Shown: positions 37,441 through 51,200 of the stretch, piece by piece | Layout: each line of letters starts with the position of its first letter | Numbering within the stretch: the first letter of the stretch is position 1 | Source: Phoronis australis | Taxonomy: Eukaryota; Animalia; Phoronida | Assembly: GCA_002633005.1 (NCBI GenBank) | Contig: NMRA01000134.1 | Coordinates: forward strand, 834,364-898,363 | Length of the DNA stretch: 64,000 bases | Direction: 5' to 3' | Position numbers and translations under genes: made by a program | Notes under the pieces: generated by a model | Seen by the model: only the letters and a program-made list of their open reading frames with translations | Databases searched by the model: none | Told to the model about the DNA's origin: nothing

Positions 37441-38466
37441 CCGTATTCGCCCTAATAAGCGCCCAGGGCTCTTAGAAAAATTTGCTTCAGGAAGGGGGCA
37501 CTTATTATATGCCAAAAGTAGTTGAAACCCGGTCTCCGAAACAGATGAAATTGAAAGCTAGAATTCATCAAATTTACGCTCTGTGACGCATCTGTAACCT
37601 ATGACAGAGATTCTACAAAATTGCAGTGCATTGCTATCAAACTTACTTGTTAAATTACCATGCCCTTTTCCGAAAATCCCAGTGTGAAAACTCGCCGACT
37701 GATGCATCGCTGCCTTGTGATCGCCGATAGATCAACTTGAATTTTTAAGTAAAAATGTAGTTTCGACTCGGCAAATTACCTGAAGTCCTCCTTAAGTTTT
37801 CAAAATAGCGTCCCTAGGATTTACTACTTTAATAATTCCCCTTAGAAATAACACAAACATTTTTTATGGTATTAGATACTTCAGAAATAAGTGTCAGTAT
37901 TTCTTGCCGATGCTATGCTACCCGTTTCATTAATACATAGTTCCCAAAGACTCATCTTCGATGACAGGTGCTTGAATGTAGCGCATGCTTATTGGCCATG
38001 TGCTTTTAACTGAACAAAGGTTAAGTTTTTAATAGTCTTCAGATTCCAATTTCATATGTACAAAGAAATTTGGATTCCTGTTGACGGAGAAGATCTGAAC
38101 AATACAATCCCGTTGACAAGTACGCGTCTGTTCTGAAAGGCCAGACCATTATAGGACACGTCACTCACAAGATCAGCAAAACTTGCACTCTTTTTGAAGC
38201 AAGGTGGAAGTTTGAAGGGTATAGACACGGCTAAATACAGACATAGCGGCGAGGCTCATGTTCTACAAATTCTGCGAACCATGATTTCTTCAGGACTGGT
38301 GGATCTTACTGATAAATCAAAGATGTTAATGTAGAATTTTAGAACTTTAGGTAAGGCATTTTTCGCATGTACACGGCATTCATGGACTTGGCGCTTATTT
38401 TAGCAAAGTCTGAAAATGCTTGGGGGGTGCTTATAGGGGAACAGGCGCTTATTAGGGTGAATACGG
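37441..38466. mobile_element. Non-autonomous Tc1/mariner-superfamily element, 1026 bp
   Basis: TA|CCGTATTCGCCCTAATAAGCGCC..GGCGCTTATTAGGGTGAATACGG|TA: 23-bp TIR with one mismatch and TA target duplication. Confidence 0.92.
38050..38334 (+). pseudogene. Frameshifted HIRAN-like ORF inside the Tc1/mariner element
   Basis: Three frame segments: FHMYKEIWIPVDGEDL / YNPVDKYASVLKGQTIIGHVTHKISKTCTLF / LKQGGSLKG..LQI; fits the HIRAN pattern N..D..A+.V....+G.V. Confidence 0.65.
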
Positions 38467-39971
38467 TAAATGGTTTATCATTTTTCAGTTCTTTATAACA
38501 TAACTACTAGATCAGACAATGTTTTGAGAAACTGTATGCTTAAACAACAACAAGAAGCCTTTGAGGAATGATCAACTTTTGACAATTAATGTAATGTTTA
38601 TAATAGCAATGACAATGGCCATGTTTGAATGCTACTTCCCACTAAGTTTATCGAGTGTATTACATATTCCTGTCATATTTCCTACGAAACAATAGTTTCT
38701 ACATATGATAAGCAAAATGATTTTTTGATGAAAATTTCCTAGACTCGGTAAGAGTGTCCAGCATTCGGTACAGTTTTTGAAGGTACATATTCGGCACAGT
38801 TTAAGGTACGCATTTCCTCTGCTTGCCTATGTAATGGATTGGTTTGGGTTTCTGCTATCAGGTTGCGTTCCCATAACTGCCATAACTGCTATGAGACGAT
38901 CAGACGTATTGAAAAATTGCGGACATTCACAAAAAGAAGCTATGCAGTAAAATGATAAAATTTTTGTCCAAAAATGTTGAGTACCCTTGAACAATAAAAA
39001 TTGTATAACTATAAGACTGATGACTCATAGAAACCTAGCACTGATGATTAAGTTATTGCTTCCAGTCATATGAAGCCAAACACAAATTCAAATCAATGAT
39101 ACCAGTGGCCATTGGCAAATAGTGAGATTTAATATTACAGCCTTGAATTAGCAGTTGACTACAGCCAAGCTGATTTTAAAAGGCAGACATTACTTAAGCA
39201 TCAGATAAGGGATAAAATAATGACTGAAAAAAGCAATATAGTTGCCATGACTTTAATAATTTACCTTTTGGGGTTGGTATCTAAATTTATTAATTTTTAA
39301 CAAGTGTCAGAGCCCGACACTTAGCAGTCATCAACTGGCCAAATGCGACCTGGTAAATATCCCAGGTCACCAAATGAGAAATGACGTTGGCAAAATCAGT
39401 AAACATTTGCAGGGATGCCAAGTCTCAACCCCTATACATCACGCAAAGTTCGAAAACAAAAAAAACCCGGCAGATATCTAAATTGAAGGACCACCTTGCA
39501 ATATGATTCTTACAAAAAGAAAATGACAAGTAAAAATTTTATTGGTGCTATTTGCCTAGTTTTCAACACATTCACCACTAGGTCAAAATAGTTAAAGCAA
39601 TGCTAAACCCAGTGTTCAACTTGTAAACAGTAAAAAAATGGTACTGGTTGGGGGTGTACATACACTACGCACAGTCAATCAACGTCAAATTTTGATTAAG
39701 TTACAAATGTATGGGATGGTCTCGAATTTTGTGCTGCCTCTACTTGTTGGTTTGTTGCAAGTTGTCTTGAGAGATAGAGAACCTGGCTCTACAACATCAG
39801 TTGACACATGACGTGTCTTCTAAGCTGTTAAGTACTAGCCAAGTCCTGTGTGGCATTTTATTGCCCACAAATTTGATAATGTCCATTGTTTTTTGTCAGA
39901 CTGGATACATTTTGGAAATATCAATATTGTTCATGAGAACAGCAGTATAGGTTTATAAAGAATACTTTAAT

Positions 39972-40602
39972 AGAATCTACTGAGAGTTAGTTCATTAACG
40001 AAATCTATTCAAAGAGAATAAATAATCTGTCTGTCATTCTTTGAAAACAGGCACACATGTTAAAATATAGGGATATGTAAACTACACAAATGCTAATATT
40101 TCACTCAAAACAAATGTATTTGTAATTAACACCCTTTTAACCTAGCATTTTTAATGGAGGAAGCTGTCTGTGACAAATGTTACTTACCGTGTAATATTTT
40201 TGTTTCATGGTATTTGTTCACATCGGGTACCTACACTACACAGAGGTACATACACTACATTCCAATGACATGTCAGATTTGTTAGTAAACACTAAGAATC
40301 TACTGAGAGATGATTTACTAAATCAATTCAAAGAGAAAAATAAAAAGCACAGCATTCATGTGCATATCTGCCATACTTTGAAAATGGGCACAAATTAAAA
40401 TATAGGGGTACGTACACTACACAAATGCTAATATTTCACTCAAAACAAATGTATTTGCAATAAACACTCTTTTAACCTAACGCTTTTAAGAAAGGAAACT
40501 GTCTATGACCAATGTTGCTCACTTACCAAGTGATATTTTAATTTCATGGCATTTGTAAACATGGGGGTACGTACACTACAAAAGGGGGTACATACACTAC
40601 AT
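39972..40602. repeat. Diverged tandem duplication (about 330 bp x2) with recurrent GGGGTACRTACACTACA motif
   Basis: actacacaaatgctaatatttcactcaaaacaaatgtatttg occurs near 40081 and 40415; the short motif also occurs near 39651 and 40736. Confidence 0.8.
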
Positions 40603-43600
40603 CACTGTTTCTGCATCACATGGTAACATAATGTTGTATGGCCATTTATTTTTCTTTGATGATAATAAGCACCATGTTATTTAAAAGGCAATAATTTCAT
40701 TTGCAATGACCAATTGTGTTACTGAATTCCACATGGGGGGTACCTACACTACAGTTTGTTAGCCTTTTTGGGCTGGCCCATTTTCAATATAGCAGAACCC
40801 AGTCAATATCCGAACTTTTGGTTTGTTTAGATATTTTATTATTTGCTGTGTTGCCTAGGCTAACATATTCTGCAGTTCCTTTTATTACAGAGTGTGAACT
40901 TTAGTTTCCTTCTTTACAGTATGTGAGGGTTAGAAACACAGAATTTACAACTTTCGTAACGAGTGCCTGTTTTATGATGAACCCTACCATTTCTTAATGA
41001 TTAAGCGCAACTTCATCTAAGTGATTCTGAAAGTGACCCAAGTTATTCCCAGTCATATCTAGGCAATTGCTTACTTAATAAATAAATTTCTTTTCTACTG
41101 TTGACAGTTAAAAATAGTAATTTTTAAAATGGTCACTCGTAACACTAAAAATGCATGATATTCATAGACAAAAACATGCATAAATCATAAATTTCTCAAA
41201 CATTGTAAGAATTTGATGACTCTTTTTTTAATTTAACTAAATAACTCTTTGCATATGAGATTCAGTTGGCATTTGGTAATTGACCAAAAACATTATATTA
41301 GACTGTAACACAGTCAACTCTTGAATATGGACCTTGATTGTGATTTAGCCGAGCACAAAGCTCAGACATAAGCAAGTTTGCACACTGCACAACTGTCCTG
41401 TTGAGCTTGCCTGGGATCCTATGTCTTCTGTAAAACGGAATTGTTTAGTTTCGAGAAACATTTTGCCATTTATAGACCGAGATTTAGCTCAGACACCCCT
41501 TTGGGTCGCCGCAGGTTTGATTCCATGCTATGGTTGATCTCAGAAAATCACTTCTCGTGCTGATAATGTGGCTTTAAAGTGCGAATGGAGAATTCCAGTG
41601 GAACGCAATGCATATCATAAAATCTCATCGATTTTGAATGAAAACTTTTTTCATGCACTTCCAACATTGTTGAGAATCATCACATATTTTCAAAGCATTA
41701 TGTGATCCTGACTATAGTATTGAACTTGAACAAACAAAAGTATGAACTTGGAATGACAAATTTTTCATGGAAAAATGATAAATAAGAAATTTATTAGTTG
41801 GCCATATTTTGTCCAAAATTGGAGATTTTCCTAGTTAATGAACTCTTAACGAGACACTTGTTTCATCTAAACAACTGGTAATTAACTTCATGATTAATGC
41901 TCTTCATGACCAACTTCTGTCGTACTTATGTCATACAATTTATCAGTAGCATCACTAGCATAGTAAAAAGCTGGAAGAATCTCTTTCGGAAGGCATTAGG
42001 CGCCATCTGGGGGAAGAAAGTGATAAACCACAGAAGAATCCTACTTTCATGTGGTGTTAAATAAAACAAAATATTTTCAAAAAGGGTTTGTGCGTAGTTT
42101 GGACTACTTTGTGCAAATTTCTTGTCAAAAATAAAATTTAAATTTTTGTGGTTGCATAAACTGTACAGTAATTTCACATAAATTCTTCAACTCCTGTAAT
42201 GTACAAAGCAAATTGGCGCTAAATCACACAGTGTACCAACAAGTGTGTCATCAAAATTTCGAATGATGTCAAAGGTGTCTCCTTAAGTTGAGATTAAGAT
42301 AAGCGGGATCAATGAAGTCGGCAGGTCAACAGATTGTTTTCTCTTAACAGTTAATTTGTATCATTGAACAGATACCTGTGAGGTCATGGTCTTACCCAAA
42401 TATCAATCCTGAGATAGAGGCACATAAAACTAAGCTCTCCTAACTGCCACACATCAAAGTTATCAGCAGGTAACACTCCCATGCAGCTAGGTAAACATCT
42501 GGGCAAATGGAATGAAGTGTCTATAATGGTAGAATGGTGAATATTTGAACAAAAATCACCATGACACTGGTTGCTAATGGTGAAACATTCAAGTCCTGCT
42601 ATTCACTGTTTACAAGTCTGTAGACTGCACACATTCAAGGCTGGGCCATAGAAAAATTCCAAATTTGGTCAGATCATAGCTCAGAAATCCCCGATTGGAT
42701 TCACATGAAACTTCCATACTTCAAGCCTTGTTCTCAAAATATTATTTGCAATTGTTTTGAAAATGTTCTACTTAGGCAAGACTGCCTGTCAAAAAAGGGA
42801 CCTTCATGATTCCGAATGGAAAATCTCAAAACTTACATAAAATGAAAACAAAATGGTAATTAAAAAAATGTAACAGTGATTTTATGTAACATTTTTATCA
42901 AACAAAATTTAGTCATGTTACTGATACTGTCATTTTGCTATGATTGTACTGTTCCTTTTTGTTCAATTTTGTTGAAAATTATGGTCATGTCACTCACGTG
43001 GTATAAAGTCAAAACTCAATTTCTACAGGCTTTTTACTGTCAGAAAATATATTTACTAAGTTTTTGTATATTTGTCTAAATAGACTTTTCAACAAGTGCC
43101 TACCTACATGACCAAAAGACAGTTCCACCACTATACAAATAACCCACATATTAATTATTTGGACTTTCAAAACCCATTTTACTTACAGTGAAAATTCTTC
43201 AATATAGGATTGGTAAAACTGCTATAATTGTTTTCACCACAATTGTTGCAAATGCTCAAAATTTTACCAGGTGTTGTTTGGTAATCGCTACGCCATGCAA
43301 ATCATGCTAAAAGTAAAGTAAATTTTCCTGAAAAGTTGTTTTTGTCGACAAATGAAATTTCACCTGTCCAACATATTGTGCCCAAACTGTAGCACTTTTT
43401 GTTACGGTGCTGAAAAGCTGAAAATAAACGAGACTTATCCTATCCTTTCGTCATGACCACCTGTTTATTGTGTCTCACTGGCAGACATATCTGGCAAATT
43501 AACAGTAGGAGTAAGAATATTTTGGATGAATATGTGCGGTACACGAAAGAAAAACTTTATTATCCAATATCAATATATTTAGGCAATGAGGAATATATTT

Positions 43601-45186
43601 CAACCGACCACATTCCTTCAAAATGTTCTGAAATACTGACAAGAAGACTCCTAACACCCACTGACAGCTTTGAGGTATAGGCTCACTCTAATTACAGCCG
43701 ACCACTGTGGAGTCCTTCAGATTCTTTAGATCTGGACAACTTTCTATGTCTGGCAGCTCAAATTGTTATCGGCACTTTTGCAACATATTGATTTCAAGAG
43801 CAGAGATGGATGGACACCACGAGCTGGACATTATGATCAATTATGGCATGATGCATACATTATCCATTATAGTTGACCTGCAGTTATAGCCAAGGCTTTC
43901 AATAAAGCTAGGCAAGGCACATTGACTAAAATGGCAAGTGACTAAAATGCTACCGTTTTTGCCAACAGCAAAATGCCTGTCATGTGAATGCTTACAAATT
44001 TCAATTTTGCTAGCGTTTTTAACTTTATTATCTCAAAATGCATTTGTATCCAAACCATTTAACCAAAGGACACCCCTGTTGACTTACACATTTAAAAAAC
44101 CTCACGATGCCAGCGTATGTGTGTGGGTGGATTTTGATCATTATTAGAGTGAAATTTGGGACATGGACTCCCATTTCATGAAACTGTTTTAGTCTTAACT
44201 AAGAGAAGAGTAACAATTCCATCATATCACGTTGCGTTTGTTGAACAATGCGGTTGACGATACGGCTGACGTGATGCCAACAATAAAGCTTCAGAAATAG
44301 AGCCCTGCTTAGCAGAATTTCATGAGACTTAAAAAAAAAACTAAGCCAGTATTCAGATTCAAAATCGAGGCTGTTAATTCCAAAATAGTGGTTTGACATC
44401 CTAGAACCGCAACTCAACTAATAAGGTATTTCTTGAATGTGCCAAATGATGGCAACAGAACGTCACCTGGAGTAGTTCCATGAAGTGTTTCTACAGAGTT
44501 CGTTGAAGATTGACGTTTGCATCCGTACAGCCGATCAATACAAATTTACAATACTGCTAATACCATCCATTAACCCACTATTGCCAATTATCTTAACAGA
44601 AATCATGGACAAAGTGTAAAATCCACGTGACATGTCATTCTAATTGTAAAGAACAGGGGTGAAATGAATAGGTGTTGAAAATAAGCTTCAAGTTCTGGTA
44701 TACTGAATTCTGCAATTATTTGTCAGGAAATCATATCTTAGGATGCCAGTCAAGAAAAAATTGCATCAAACGAAAAAATGACATTTCAAAAGATGTCACA
44801 ACTGCAATAAGGAGAGTGCTGGAACATGGAAAAATCCCAAGAAAAATGTTGGCTAATCAATGATTTCTGTTTTTGTCAGCTGGGTTTCACAGGCACTGGA
44901 GGCATCGCCCAGTGAAGTACATCAGCCAGAACTCAGGAGAGTCAGAAACTGGTTATTTGCCAGAATAGAACTTAACATCACTTGAAACTCATCCAGGGAA
45001 GCTTTGCTCTTGGGGAATTTTATTGCAGCATTTTCATGCATCATCTCTGAAAACTATCGATTGAGTAAGAGCTGGTCAATTTTGTTGATGGCTTTACTGA
45101 CACCGCATACTGTGAGCTTTGAGATGAGCTGACTGCTTTGAGTAAAGGACAACTGAGCAGAAAGTCCACATCAAGGTGAGAACACT

Positions 45187-45296
45187 TGAATGAACAAGGG
45201 GCTAGCTCATTTAAATGAATGAACAAGGGGCTAGTTCATTCAACTGAATGAGCAAGGGGCTAGTTCATTCAACTGAATGAACAAGGGGCTAGTTCA
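45187..45296. repeat. Minisatellite, 29-bp palindromic unit, about 4 copies
   Basis: TGAATGAAC-AAGGGGCTA-GTTCATTCA-AC units at 45187, 45216, 45245 and 45274. Confidence 0.9.
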
Positions 45297-48200
45297 ATCA
45301 ATGATGTACTTTCAGGTATTTGTGTGAGCAACTAGCTCAGTTATAGCTCACCAGACAGATGGTCCAACTTGTAGCTCTGTCAACAGTGGTGTTAAAAAAC
45401 AACAGGCTGTCACTCAGTTCATTAGAGGTGACAAATGCTCAACCTTTGAATTATGGGATTTTAACACCACAAATTTCCCCATTCATCATACTCAGCAAAT
45501 TCTGAGGCAAAGTTCTGTAAATGCAAAATGCAACTATTTTGGTCATCAAATATAAGAACACAACGATCCAATATTGCAAATAAAGAAAATCAATTCAACT
45601 TGTTTCAATCCAAAGGGAGCAGAAATCTCCTGGAGACCACTGTAAATGACAGCCCCAACAGGTTGCAGCCCTGCTGATGATTGGCAAGGAATTTATTGTT
45701 GTGAATTCTCTTGTTGCACAAAAATGTTGCATTGCCCCAAAAACATGTTGTGACTGTGCCCTGAGGACAAACATGGCCTTGTACAGAGGGTGTCCATCAT
45801 TTGTCAATTCAAATCTTAATTGGCTGACAAGAAGTACCCACTGGATTCCCTAATAATCTGGACAGGGCACTTAAGAGAGTGGTGTTGGTATTCCAAAAGT
45901 GGCCACAATCTAAGCAAACAGATGATAAGTTACACCAAGTGTTAAACTTGACAATAAACACTATGTCTAAAGGACAGTAATGAGTAGTGCTGCCAATAGC
46001 TTATTACAGTGGGAGAACCTAAGTATGTGAGTCAATATTTATAAACCAAATGTCAAATAGAACTGTCAGGAGTGTGAAACATGTTACAAGCCAAGTCACT
46101 GTATGACATCATGGTGAAACATATATCAAAAGTAAGAAACCAGCAGCTTGTTCAGTGCCAAGTCAGTCAAGGTGACCTTCAGACTAGTCATTACATGGAG
46201 AAATTTCACATGTTTGTCAAAAAATTTGTTCACACAACCAATCAACAAAGAATTTACACACATTTTCACTATTTTGGTTTGAAGATTTTTCAGATTTTTT
46301 TCTGTGGACCAATCATTTCACAGGCTATTGAGAATATCATTTGTTTTCTCTAGGACTTACATTGTTAAGTTATTTAAGAATTCCCGATGACTGCTCACCA
46401 ACTAATTGCCGTATCTTCTGTATGTGGATAGGTCCTTTCAACCGCTATCAAAATTGTGAAACCCGTTTCTCACTACAACTTACCGTTTGCCAGTGAGATA
46501 TTCAAGATTTAATGCTTAGATGTTCACTTATTGACTTATTAGCTGCACAATGTTGGCCTATCATGTTCGTGTTAGTGATGGTCTTGCTCGTCTGCTCAAC
46601 ATGAAGTTCACATACAGTGTATAAAAAAACTGTGTTTATCTAGGCAATAGTTCGAGGTTTCTAGTTTGTAAGCAAACTGGAAGTAAGATGGCGTTGCTAC
46701 GGCCATTTTTAGTTATGTTCGAGGATCTCTTGCTCCTTTGACCAAAGCTTTTCAAACATGTTGTTGTGTGCACTAACATGTTTGAAAGGACATCGACACA
46801 TTTGAAAAGCACTCTGACATATATATGTGAAGCCCCCCCCAACACATTTCGATTTTCAGGTTTGAAGAACAACCATGGGTTCTGCTTAACAAATTAAAAT
46901 TTAAAACTTATGACTTGCTTAAAAATACCGTAAGTTATCAGTTTTACAACATAAAAAGTTGAGGATACATGATCTTTCTACTAACACTGTGTACGACTGC
47001 TTAGAACATGCATAGGTAACAACGCTAGTACATGTGCACTTAAAACAGTGAAACCGCAAATACTTTTCCACCTGAGAGAACATCAGTCGCCTCAAGCGTG
47101 TTTGTTGACCCTTACATGCTTCCCATACTCTTCAGTTGAGGATTTAATAGTAAAAATTTAAAGTCATGGACAGATAAAATGTTCTTGCCCAGCTACATTG
47201 TCTGATGGAAATGGAAGGCACCTTAGTTAAAGTGTCTGTTTTGTTGAGTCTGTTGCTGACATCTTATTTGTAACCAGCTTGTCTGCAGGTGGCACAGTGA
47301 TTAGTGGGAATAGTTGAATTAGTTGAAATGTGTGTTTGATGTCTCTAAAATTGTGAGCCTGTTTCTGACCTCATATACCGCACATAATGCAACAGCCAAC
47401 AGATGACACAGCAATAAGTGGGAATAGTTGAAATGTGTGTTCTAGTTGATCTATGTCCATTCTGTAAATACCTAGTTCACAGGGACCTTTCAGCACAGAG
47501 CACCCTTTGTTTATTGGGGAAAGGCCTGTGTTTGTCAATACACATCTGCCATCTGCTACTGTCTGCAATGGTGATGTAATCAGCCAGTATTTAGTGCCCC
47601 AGGGCAGTCACTGTCTGGACACCTGACCAGGCCTGGTTGATGACCACTTCAGCCAGGAGGGTCACCTGTGGTCACAGTGGCAGAACCAAAAGCCAGGACA
47701 AGTAACAAGATGTCATTAGAGAGAATTTGGTGGTGCCACCAACAAGTCAAATGTCATGGATGGACCTCTCATTTATTAATACTTCATGGTGTCCATGCCG
47801 CCAATTAAGTCACCAACCATGCAAAAATGTAAAATGAGCCCAGTGAATGCTTTAATTCATGAGTTCACCAGTAGGTTAAAAATGCAAATGGCAGAGTGAC
47901 ACGCAAAAAGTAAAAAGCCAAAGCTTGAGTGAATAAGTTCTTTCGAAGGTTTTGATTCCCATGCAGTTACATTCGCTATATTAATTCTGGAGAAAAATGT
48001 GTTCACACAATCTTAATTTCGACGCATTGAGGGTTGGTTTAGCGACTACGACTACCCCAGAATAGGCAGGCCTAAATGCACTACAGTAGCTATAACAACA
48101 CAGAATGAGAGAGAGAGGGATTTCAACTTCATCGTCTACTAAGCACACCACATGGCACACAATTTTGTGGAAATTCACAGTGAATTAAATAGCAAGAAAA

Positions 48201-51200
48201 GTTAAGTCTATTATTAGCTTGTAAAGGTCCCATTGATTGCAGCCACGTAGGTTTTAAAAGTTACAAAAATTAATTTTGGGAAAAATAAGAAAAAAATAAC
48301 CATTGCTAACAACATATATAGTTGCTTCAAATTTAGATGCTGAAATGTTCTTTTTATTTCTGCACACCCACAAACACATACCACACATATAATCATGGTA
48401 GATCAGTTTACTCAAACCTAGACTGGCAAAATCAACCATTGGTGGATAAAGATCTAACAAAAATCTTTACATTTACGCCTCAATAACGCATAATTCAATA
48501 TTTGTAAGGTTAAGTTTTCCCATGACAACCACATCATCCCTCTTTAAAGCATGTGACTATAACAATTCAGCTCCACATTACTACGCAGTAAGAAGATCAA
48601 TCAGCCCTCATTCTGCAATGTATACCCATGTCATTCTATGCTGTGAAATTGACATCATGAAAACCACAAGACAAAATTCCATTTCCTAACACTCAAGGCA
48701 TGTATTAATAGAATTATTTGAGGAAACAAAACAGATTTGTGTGCTGGGTGTTTTAGTGTGAAAACTGTCAGAGTCGTTTATAATGGACACATCAGAATTC
48801 ACAACGAACTTAAATCATTGATTGCCAGAGAACAAATCCTCTATTTTTCCAGTCATTATTTTCTGACCTGGATACACAGCAGAAACTTAATTCCATCTAG
48901 CAGAGTGCACGTAGTCCAACAGGAAACATGGATCAATATAAGACAATGCAAACTGTAGTCCAACAGTGAAGAAGAAGTTCAGAAAAAGAAGGCATATGAT
49001 ATTGTGAGCCTAAAGTATGAACTTTGGTCCATAAAAAAGAATTTGTTAAGTAAACATTTCAAAATCAAGAAACCCTTGCATGAGATATACATCACTCACA
49101 TAATGTAAATCAAACTAGAGCTCATGGTATCCTGGTGATAGCAGATAATTACACTCAAGTTATAAACAAGATTACAGGACAATGTTTTTTAGCACTGGTG
49201 GCTTCTTCACTTCCCAAACTTAAATAGAGCTTGAAAATATAGCAGAATGACCCTGAAGGCAGATAGTAAAAAAAACCACAGGATGGGGCCCTTTCACAAC
49301 TGGGGCTCTACGGCCAAGCCCAAGAAACTTTTGAAATCAGGCTTTGGGTGAAATCTTGTTTTTCTAATATGAATGCAGTAAATCACAAGCGAGATGGGAG
49401 GGGGTGGTAGAGACTCTGGTTTCTCTTTTCAAGAACAGTGAATTCCGTTTTATCAAGCATATTACACAGTTTTGTAAATTATAAAATTCCGTTTTACTAA
49501 TTCAAAGTGAAAAATAACTGGGTCGTGAGAATTGCCTTATTTTTTTCTTGTAGAATTATGCTGCAGCTCTGTTTAACCAAAAACTTGCTTGTGCCATGTT
49601 TACTGTTTCTCAAACACAGAAAACATTAACAACTGGGTTAACATCTTAGTGGTCAGAACATACTGAATTTGACTATTGTATTCTTAAATTTTGTTCATGA
49701 AAAATCAAAAACATCAAAATAATGGTATCGCTACTGAAACATGGAAATTTGTTTGAAATCCCTAATTTCACGAAAGAAATCAGAATCTGTGCATTTCTCT
49801 GTTCTTGATATGTTTGCACAACACACAGCAGCACACTGAAGCTGTAAATGTAGACTCGGCAAACACAAACTGGTTTCACAAATTTATGGAGCATGGAAAA
49901 GAGGTCAGGAGATGAGAATTCATAATGGCGCAAAGTGAGGAAATTAAAAAAAAACATTCACTTTTAAAACAACATGTAGAGAACCCTGTCATTTTGTTTT
50001 TTTTTTTGATAGAATAGTAGAATAATAAAACAAGTAACAAGACTAGTTACTCTGGTGACCACCTGTTTACATCAACCTAAGGATGAGAAAGACAGATTAA
50101 TAAGATGTACACTGTGAATCACTGCACAAACTACATGTCTATACAAACTATTTGGACACAGCTCAACAGAGTCCTAAATACTAGTGACTCATGTCTGCTC
50201 ATTGTAACACTAATAGGCCAGTCCACCCCCTCAGTTGTGTTGGTAGGTCAGTCTCACCTCAACAAGGCCATTAGTGGCAAAGGACACTGAGAGGGCAGGC
50301 AAGTTCAAATAACACAATAAATAGGTGGGAAAAACAAGGGGGGGGGGGGCACAGAGGGCAGTTTCCATTCTTTCACACAAAGACAATTGTCATGGATGAC
50401 AATGCTTGTTGAATGCTAAACCAAGGTGTTTGTATGAAAATATGTAGAAAATGAAAACCAACTGAAACAGTTGGAGCTACCAACATACTGACCAAATATT
50501 TGGGTTAAACATTTGCGAAAAAAATTCCCCACAAATGAGAAGAATGTTCAAGAGCAAAGAGGCAAAAATGGAAACAGTGGTAGATTAACGGGGATTCTGT
50601 TGTGAATGTTCTCTGATAACATACAGGCCAGTTAGTGGTTATAATCCTTAATATCCAAAGCTTATTGTTTGTGATTTCTGCTCTAACCAGCTTCATATAT
50701 TTCAAGTAGTAATGGCAGGTGTTCTGAGGCTACACATCCAATCCTATGTTAACTTGACAAGTATTAAAAACTATGCCAGCTGTAAGGGCTAAGAAGATGT
50801 AAAGCTTTTGAACTGGAGACTAAATATTCACACCACATGGAAAATGGAAATCGAGATAGGAAATAAGGTATTGAAAAACTGATTAATTTGTTGACCTATA
50901 ATAAATTCAAAACAACTTTTGGTTCAGTTGTGAATGCATATACACTTCAAAGGGAAATATTTGGCAGAGGCCCTTAGTGAGGCACATTTTTTCAAGACTA
51001 GTTAAAGGTTACTGATATTTGAAGACAACACATTTTCAGCCTTTGAACTAATCCCAGTTTGAAGATTGGTGGATGTGTCCACTAGGTGAAAAAATAAACT
51101 GGAAGTAATACTGAGTGACTTCAGTGAAACAGTACTGGCTGAATGAACTACCTGTGTTGCTGCTATGGTGACAGACAGGTGAGTTATTCAGCCCATGGCC

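Noticed and set aside
44880-45175. Exon-like segment on the + strand (tttttgtcag..AAG|gtgaga)
   Set aside because: The frames I translated contain stops, and no homology was recognised.
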